In this document: one piece after another, positions 15,855 to 21,703 of the stretch
Layout: the number at the start of each line of letters is the position of its first letter
Numbering within the stretch: the stretch's first letter is position 1
From: an uncultured Planctomycetia bacterium
GTDB lineage: Bacteria; Planctomycetota; MHYJ01; WSZJ01; CAZYRM01
DNA: 21,703 nucleotides
Assembly (NCBI GenBank): GCA_964649705.1
Contig: CAZYRM010000110.1
Coordinates: 1-21,703, forward strand
Direction: 5' to 3'
The notes under the pieces: model-generated
Databases searched by the model: none
The model's input: the letters and a program-made list of their open reading frames with translations, nothing else
What the model was told of the DNA's origin: nothing
Program-made: the position numbers and the translations under genes

Positions 15855-18800
15855 TCACTTCCAGCTCAGGATCATGTCGACGAGCTTCCCCAGGACCGGC
15901 ACGTCCTTCACCGCGCCGAGGATGATGTTCTTCCTGGCCGCCTCGTTGAACGGCCCGCCGCCGACGTGCCCCTCGACGTCCTTCACGGCCGCGTCCAGCC
16001 GCTCCTGGGCACCCTGCTTCCCCTCGATCAGGTCCCCCAGCGCCTCCAGCGCGTTCGCCTCCTTGCGGAACCCCTTGTCGACGTAGTCGATCTCGGCCTG
16101 CAGCATCGCCTGGTGCAGCTTCGACATCCCGGGCGCGCTGCCGGCGATGCTGATCATCCCCTGGATCGCGTCTCCATTGTCCGCGTCCCCGCCCTTCACC
16201 CGGTCCCGCGCGTACCGCATGAGCTGGAGCACGCCGTCCAACCGGTTCAGCGACTCCGAGACCTTCTTCAGCGCGTCGGGCGTCTCGCTCTCTACGCCCG
16301 TCAGGATGCCCGAGAGCTCGCCATACTCGCCCGCCGAGCCCGCCGCGTTCGCCGTCGCCTGGACTCGGTTGCGCCACCAGGTGATCGTGTCCTTCGTCAC
16401 CGGGACGCCCGAGTCGAGCACCGCCGTCCGCGCGCCGACCAGCTCCGCGTGGATCGCCTTGAGCCTCTCCTGGTTCGCCGCGGGGTCCTTCGCGAGTTCC
16501 TCGACCTGTCGAAGCGCCTCGTCCACGCGCAGCCGGTGGACCTGCATCTCGACGGCCGCCTCCACGTGGCGGCAGGCGACCTCGGTCGCGGGGGTAGAGA
16601 CGTGCGCCCCCTTGAGCAGCGTGCGCATGACGCCGATCTGCACGCGCGCGTCGAGGTCCGTCGTCGCGGCGCGCACCTGCTCGAGGATCGCCGCCAGCTT
16701 CCCGAGGAGCTCGTCCTCGCCCGCCTTCTTCCCCTCCTCGTCAGGGACGTAGAGCGGGACGTCGATCTCGCAGACGTTGTTCCCCTCGTCCATCTCCTCC
16801 AGCTTCCCGTCGGCGTCGATCCTGGCCGAGAGCCGCGTGTCGCCCATCTCCAGCGTCCACGACATCGCGTACTTGTTCATGTACCAGTCCTGCACGACCT
16901 TCGGCCTCGCCTCGAACGTCTTCCACTCGCCGGGGCGCCATCCGTCGGCGCCGAAGAGCCTCACGTCGATGGTCCGCTTCCCCTCGCCGCTCTGCGGGTT
17001 CAAGACCGAGAAGCGGACGGAGAGCACGCCGCCCTTCTCCACGGCCTTCCCGACGTTCCGGGCGCGGAGCGTCAGCGTCGTCTCCTCGCCCGGTCTCGGC
17101 ACGGAGGGCTCCACGACGAGCTCCGCGGCGACGAGGTCGGGCTTGTCCTTCTTCGGGGGCACGAGGAACGCCAGCGGGAAGGTCATCGACGCGCGGGCCT
17201 TGTCCACCCGCAGCCGGAGCGTCACCGTTCCCTCGGCGATCTTCTCCAATGGGATCAGCTTCCCCGTCGCGAGCCCCTCGCCCTCCCCCTCGACCGGCAG
17301 GGGCGCGCTGACGACGACCCCGTCCTCGTCGAGCATCCCGACCTCCCCGGCGATCGGCGCGAAGCCGGGAATTCGGACCTCGGCCTCGGGGAAGAGGGTG
17401 GAGAGGGTGATCGAGATGGCCACGCCGCCGATGGCGCCCGCGAGGCTGCCGTCGGTGCCCTGGCTCGTGCGGTACTTCACCTGGAAAGGGAGCCTCAGGG
17501 CGTTGTCGACGATCTCTCCCTCCTTGGGGACAACCGTGCATCGGAGCGTCGCCCAGGCGGAGCGGTCGCCGATGGTCAGCACGCGCGTCTGCGCCCCCGC
17601 GATCGCGCCGAAGCGGCGGAACTCGAGGTCCTCGAGCGCGAAATCGGCGATCGGGTTTCCCGCGCGCTTCCTCAGCTTCCCCTCGCCGTCGTGGAAGTCG
17701 AGTCCCAGGCCTTCGGTGACCCAGGTCAGCGTGTCGCCGGAGGCGTCGTTCCAGAGCTCATCGGCGATGCGCGTGATCCACGCCGTGCCGCAGATCCGGC
17801 CCTCCTCGGGGGTCCGCGGGAGGCGGAAGATCAGCGACCAGATGTTGTCCTCCTCGTCCAACCCGAGGACGCGGTCACGGACGCCGCGTGCCTGGTTGGC
17901 GCGGGCCGCCATCCACGGCGGTGCGTCCTCGCCGGCGGCCTCCATCACGATGTGCGGGCCCCACTCGGACGGCGCGCGGGCCAGGATGCGGAGGCGCGTG
18001 ATCGCGGAGGAGGGGGCGCGATCGGCGCCCAGGCCGAGGAGGGGAGAGGCGAACCCGAGGCGGCCGAGGATGACGGAGGCGTGCCAGCGCGTCTCCGCGT
18101 CGTCGGAGGCGAGGGCGTCACGGAGCGCCTGGAGTGCACTTGCGTCGCCCCTCCGCGCGAGCACCCCGAGCAGGTAGAGGACCACGCCGGGTCCAGGTTT
18201 CCTTTCAAGGGCGGCCATCAAGGGGTCGGGCGTGCCCTCAATTAGCAACCTGGGCCTGGCCAGGGCCCCCTCGGTCGCCAGGCGGAAGATCGCGGCGGCC
18301 GCGGCCGAAGCGACCTCTTTGTCCTCCGAGGCCGTCAATCCGAAGAGCTTGGGAAGGTCCTCTCGCGTCGCGAGGGACTCCAGCGCCCCGAGCGCGACGT
18401 CGGGCCGCTCCGAGCGGGGGGCTTCCTCCGCGAGGACTGGCCAGGCGTCGTGCGCGCGCACGGTCTCAAGACCGGCGTACGCACCGAAGCACGAGTCGCC
18501 CCGAAGGAGTGCCACGAGGTGTTCGCGCATCGTCCCGGGGAGCGCCCGTCGGGGGGGCGGGCCGCCGAATCCAAGGGCCGAGAGCAGGCGGTGGACCTCT
18601 TCGTCGTCGTCGGGGCGGCCGGTGATCTCGGCGCGCAGCTCCTCCGCGGCCCCGACGGCGCCCTCGCTGTCGGCGATGGCGCGCTCGGCGCGCTCGAGAA
18701 CTGCGCGGCGGCGGCGCTCCTCCGCCTGGCCGGCGGCGGCGAGGAGCGGGTCGCGCACGGAGGCCTCGGCGTCCCGCGCCAGCGCCTGCAGAATCCGCGC

Positions 18801-19616
18801 CTCGAGGCCCGGGTCGCCCGCCTCGCGGGCGTCGAGGAGGGCCTGGGGCAGGACGCCGGGCGTACCGCCTGCCTGCGAGAGCAGGAGGCGCGCCTCGGAG
18901 CGTCCCGAGGCGCAGCCGCGTCCGTCGAAGAAGGCGAGCGCCTTTTCCAGCGAGGCGCGGATGGCGGTCGTGTCGGCCGCGTGCGCGTCGAGGCGGAGGC
19001 GCGCCGAGCGGAGGCGCAGCGTAGCGGGCGTCAGGGAGAGCCCGGCCTTCTCGGCCGCCTCGATGGCGGAGTCGAGCGTGTCGGCCGCGGCGACGAGGTC
19101 GAGCCCGCCCTCCTGCAGCGAGGCGGCGGCGATGGCGTCCAGCAGATCGAAGGCGATTTGGACGTCCCGCTCGAAGAAGAGCTGATCGCCGAGCCACTGG
19201 AAGTCCCGCGCCAGGACGGCCGCGTCGAGCACGTCGACGCCGTCGGGCGCGTTCCCCATCACCTCGAGCTGGACGAGGCACGCGGCCTCCAGGCCCACGT
19301 CGCCGGCCGCGGCGGCCTCCCTGGCGGCCTCGGCCATGAGGCGGCCCGCGAGCATCGGCACGTCCTTCCCCTCGGCGGCCCCCGCGGCCTCGGCCTCGTA
19401 TCGGATTTCGGCGAGGTCGCTCAGGCAGCGCGCGGCCTCGGCGTGGAGCCGGTCACGACGCGCGGCCGCGACGCACAGGCGAAGCGTCTCGGTCGCCTCC
19501 GCGACCTGATGGGCGTCTCTCTGATCGGCGGCGAGTCGTCGCTGATCGCGGATCCACGAGGCGGTGTCGGCGGAGGCGACGACGGTAGCGATGAGGAGGA
19601 CGAGGGCGGTGCGCAT
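15855..19616 (-). CDS. Large secreted protein (1253 aa): signal peptide, Ala/Leu-rich helical region, HEAT/PBS-lyase-like repeats, Ig-like CARDB-type domain, C-terminal helical/coiled-coil region
   Basis: ATG at 19616 has AGGAG about 9 nt upstream and gives the signal peptide MRTALVLLIATVVASA. The track's GTG at 19646 adds 10 aa. HEAT-like repeats are visible (…LYLLGVLARRGDASALQALRDALASDDAETRWHASVILGRLG…). A beta-rich segment reads …PDLVAAELVVEPSVPRPGEETTLTLRARNVGKA…MDEGNNVCEIDVPLYV (CARDB-like). Stop is TGA at 15855-15857. Confidence 0.65.
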   Translation of the reverse strand: MRTALVLLIATVVASADTASWIRDQRRLAADQRDAHQVAEATETLRLCVAAARRDRLHAEAARCLSDLAEIRYEAEAAGAAEGKDVPMLAGRLMAEAAREAAAAGDVGLEAACLVQLEVMGNAPDGVDVLDAAVLARDFQWLGDQLFFERDVQIAFDLLDAIAAASLQEGGLDLVAAADTLDSAIEAAEKAGLSLTPATLRLRSARLRLDAHAADTTAIRASLEKALAFFDGRGCASGRSEARLLLSQAGGTPGVLPQALLDAREAGDPGLEARILQALARDAEASVRDPLLAAAGQAEERRRRAVLERAERAIADSEGAVGAAEELRAEITGRPDDDEEVHRLLSALGFGGPPPRRALPGTMREHLVALLRGDSCFGAYAGLETVRAHDAWPVLAEEAPRSERPDVALGALESLATREDLPKLFGLTASEDKEVASAAAAAIFRLATEGALARPRLLIEGTPDPLMAALERKPGPGVVLYLLGVLARRGDASALQALRDALASDDAETRWHASVILGRLGFASPLLGLGADRAPSSAITRLRILARAPSEWGPHIVMEAAGEDAPPWMAARANQARGVRDRVLGLDEEDNIWSLIFRLPRTPEEGRICGTAWITRIADELWNDASGDTLTWVTEGLGLDFHDGEGKLRKRAGNPIADFALEDLEFRRFGAIAGAQTRVLTIGDRSAWATLRCTVVPKEGEIVDNALRLPFQVKYRTSQGTDGSLAGAIGGVAISITLSTLFPEAEVRIPGFAPIAGEVGMLDEDGVVVSAPLPVEGEGEGLATGKLIPLEKIAEGTVTLRLRVDKARASMTFPLAFLVPPKKDKPDLVAAELVVEPSVPRPGEETTLTLRARNVGKAVEKGGVLSVRFSVLNPQSGEGKRTIDVRLFGADGWRPGEWKTFEARPKVVQDWYMNKYAMSWTLEMGDTRLSARIDADGKLEEMDEGNNVCEIDVPLYVPDEEGKKAGEDELLGKLAAILEQVRAATTDLDARVQIGVMRTLLKGAHVSTPATEVACRHVEAAVEMQVHRLRVDEALRQVEELAKDPAANQERLKAIHAELVGARTAVLDSGVPVTKDTITWWRNRVQATANAAGSAGEYGELSGILTGVESETPDALKKVSESLNRLDGVLQLMRYARDRVKGGDADNGDAIQGMISIAGSAPGMSKLHQAMLQAEIDYVDKGFRKEANALEALGDLIEGKQGAQERLDAAVKDVEGHVGGGPFNEAARKNIILGAVKDVPVLGKLVDMILSWK

Positions 19617-19729
19617 GGCGGGGCTCCTGTTGAGGTCGAGGTGCACGGTCTACCGTGCGCGGGCGCGGAGGTCAACGCGAATCAGGCATCGCGCGCCTCG
19701 CCCCGATCGAGGCCCTGCGGCCGTGTCGC

Positions 19730-21586
19730 TCACGCCTCTTCCACGGCCGCGAGCAGTTCGCCCGCGTTGGCGGGGCGGCGGTCGCTCCTTGGCGAGAGCG
19801 ACCGCTGCACGGCGAGCCTGAGCCGTTCGGGGATCCCGTCCGCGAGCGGCTCGAAGGCCCCGATCGGCGGCTCCCCGGTGAGCATCTCATACAGCACCAC
19901 GCCCGCCGCGAAGACGTCCGTCCGCGCGTCCAACTCCCCTCCGGCGCGCACCTGCTCCGGCGCCATGTAGTGCGGCGTTCCGGCGCCGGTCAGGAGCGAC
20001 CTCATTCCATCCAGACCTATCGCGCGCGCCAGGCCGAGGTCCGCGAGCTTCACCTCGCCGTTCTTCCCGAGCAGGATGTTCTCCGGCTTCACGTCGAGGT
20101 GCAGGACGCCCTTCGTGTGGGCGTGCGCAAGCCCGGTGAGGAACCCGCGCGCGATCGACAGGGCCTCCGCCAGCGGGATCGCGCCGCGGGCAAGCCGCGC
20201 GCGCATCGTCGTCCCCTCCACCAGCTCCATGTGGAGGTAGGGTCTCCCGTTCGCGTCGCCGACGTCATGGACACGCACGATGTTCGGGTGCGTCAGTTCC
20301 ATCGCGAGGTTCACCTCCTTGCCGAAGCGGCCCCGCGCCGCACCGTCCTGGAGGAGCGCCCGCGTGAGGACCTTCAGGGCCACCTCCTTGTCCCGCCTCC
20401 GGTCTCGGACCCGGTACACCTCCCCCATGCCGCCGATCCCCAGCAGCTCGATCACCTCGAATCGCCCGTCGAACGCCTCGCCGACCTCCAGCGGTCGCGC
20501 CACGCCGAGCCGCTCGTGAGTCGCCGCGAGGAGGCTGTGCCGCACGGCCGCGGAGTCCGTCAACGCCTTGCAGGACGCTTCCAGCGCGAGAGGCTTGCCG
20601 GCGACGACTGACTCCGCCAGCTCGCGGAGGACCTTCTCCAGCGACCCGCGCTCCGGTGGCGTCATTCGGGAGAGGGCACCCCGCACGGCCGCCTGGATCC
20701 CCGCGACGGAGAGTCCCCGCAAGGCGCGCGACCGGTCCGGGTCGCCCCCGCTCGCCCCTTCCAGGAGCGCGTCTACCCAGCGATCGAGCTCGTCGAAGTT
20801 GACGTCGACGCGGTCCTGGAGGCCGGCCGTAATCCGCGCGATCGGCTCCGCGAGGTGCGGCGCAGCCTGGGCGATGCCCTGAAGCGCGGCACCGAACGCA
20901 CGCAGCGGGATCCCGCCGCAGCCGTCCGAGTCGGCCTCCGTCGGTGACGGGGACGACTTCCTTCGGAGCATCACTTCCAGGGCTGCGCCGAACACCCAGG
21001 ACTTCTTCCCCTTGAAGGCTCGCAAGGGAGCGGCCCGGTCCGCCTCGGCGCGGACGATCGTGAAGCTGACGAGCTTGAGGCCGAGCGCGGCGAGGTCCGG
21101 CTCGGACGCCTCGCGGACGCGGGCCGCAAGGCCCTCACGATCGTCGCAGACCTGCGCAGCCGTGGAGCGGGCGGCAAGACCGAGGAGATGCGGTGCGAGG
21201 ATGCGCTCCGCGACTCCCATCACTTCGCTCGGGAGTGTTCCGACGAACACCTCGGCGGCGCGGGCGATCATCGGCTCGGTCGAGTCCACTTTGACCTCGG
21301 CGTGCGCATCCAGGCTCACGGGGCAGCCGTCGAGGGCGATCACCGGGTGAGACGGGATGGGGACGGCGACGAGGTCCAGGGAGACGACGTCCACCCTCTC
21401 GAGGATAGGCCAGATGAACGCGCCCCCGTGTACCACGATGCGTCGTCCCGAGGGCCCGCCGGTGACGACGAGCGCCTCGTTCGGGCGGGCGACCACGCGC
21501 CGAGAGGCGAGGAAGCGGAAAAGGAGGACGACCGCCGCGAGCGCGGCGCCGAGGATCAGCAGCGGGGTGCCCAGGGGACCGGGCAT
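19730..21586 (-). CDS. Membrane-anchored SPFH (band-7/flotillin-like) domain fused to a Hanks-type Ser/Thr protein kinase
   Basis: ATG at 21586 has GGGAGGA 8 nt upstream. An N-terminal TM helix ([15 protein letters not shown]) is followed by the SPFH core ([11 protein letters not shown]…[43 protein letters not shown]). The C-terminal kinase carries [11 protein letters not shown]…[22 protein letters not shown] and GTPHYMAPE. Stop is TGA at 19730-19732. Confidence 0.85.
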   Translation of the reverse strand: MPGPLGTPLLILGAALAAVVLLFRFLASRRVVARPNEALVVTGGPSGRRIVVHGGAFIWPILERVDVVSLDLVAVPIPSHPVIALDGCPVSLDAHAEVKVDSTEPMIARAAEVFVGTLPSEVMGVAERILAPHLLGLAARSTAAQVCDDREGLAARVREASEPDLAALGLKLVSFTIVRAEADRAAPLRAFKGKKSWVFGAALEVMLRRKSSPSPTEADSDGCGGIPLRAFGAALQGIAQAAPHLAEPIARITAGLQDRVDVNFDELDRWVDALLEGASGGDPDRSRALRGLSVAGIQAAVRGALSRMTPPERGSLEKVLRELAESVVAGKPLALEASCKALTDSAAVRHSLLAATHERLGVARPLEVGEAFDGRFEVIELLGIGGMGEVYRVRDRRRDKEVALKVLTRALLQDGAARGRFGKEVNLAMELTHPNIVRVHDVGDANGRPYLHMELVEGTTMRARLARGAIPLAEALSIARGFLTGLAHAHTKGVLHLDVKPENILLGKNGEVKLADLGLARAIGLDGMRSLLTGAGTPHYMAPEQVRAGGELDARTDVFAAGVVLYEMLTGEPPIGAFEPLADGIPERLRLAVQRSLSPRSDRRPANAGELLAAVEEA

Positions 21587-21703
21587 GGTGCGAGTCCTCC
21601 CGCACGATGATCGCACCGGGCGGTTCGCCGCGCAACGCCGGGATAGTTCTACAACGCTACTCTCCAGCCGAATCGGTGGCGGTGGCGTGCTCGTAATCGG
21701 GCT

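Noticed and set aside
15549-18245. 898-aa ORF on the plus strand
   Set aside because: It is antisense to the large secreted HEAT/CARDB gene. Its composition is Arg/Pro/Gly-dominated with no motifs, so it is a high-GC artefact.
1-21703. Search for tRNA/rRNA genes, CRISPR arrays and IS/transposase genes
   Set aside because: All intergenic gaps are 216 bp or shorter and lack cloverleaf-compatible structure. No ORF shows transposase/integrase motifs (DDE, tyrosine recombinase R…H…Y). Apart from the 36-bp pair, I detected no regularly spaced repeats or terminal inverted repeats by eye.

Overview
This is a high-GC (about 70%) bacterial chromosomal fragment densely packed with 15 protein-coding genes. 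No rRNA, tRNA, CRISPR array or recognisable transposase gene is visible. On the plus strand, a MacA/HlyD-type periplasmic adaptor (5' partial) is translationally coupled to a MacB/LolD-like ABC ATPase. The matching FtsX/MacB-type permease lies about 7.3 kb further downstream. Between ATPase and permease sits a four-gene signalling block: a PleD-like multi-receiver GGDEF diguanylate cyclase, a CheY-like receiver, a hybrid histidine kinase whose periplasmic DUF3365/Tll0287-like domain carries a CxxCH heme-c motif and is interrupted by a frameshift in a G6 homopolymer, and a MASE1 histidine kinase. The block is flanked by a 36-bp near-perfect direct repeat that copies the ATPase stop / permease start junction. 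That pattern argues for an insertion or duplication event that split an ancestral macA-macB(ATPase)-macB(permease) operon. The rest of the window holds a minus-strand YheT-type alpha/beta hydrolase followed by a secreted PDZ + prenyltransferase-like protein, a GNAT acetyltransferase, and a lower-GC three-gene operon (putative antitoxin, PIN/VapC toxin, Mrr-like PD-(D/E)xK nuclease) that looks like an acquired toxin-antitoxin/defence module. A second minus-strand pair encodes an SPFH(band-7)-Hanks Ser/Thr kinase fusion upstream of a 1253-aa secreted HEAT-repeat/CARDB protein. Many very long antisense ORFs in the supplied track are high-GC artefacts. All family assignments rest on motifs read directly from the translations; I ran no database searches.
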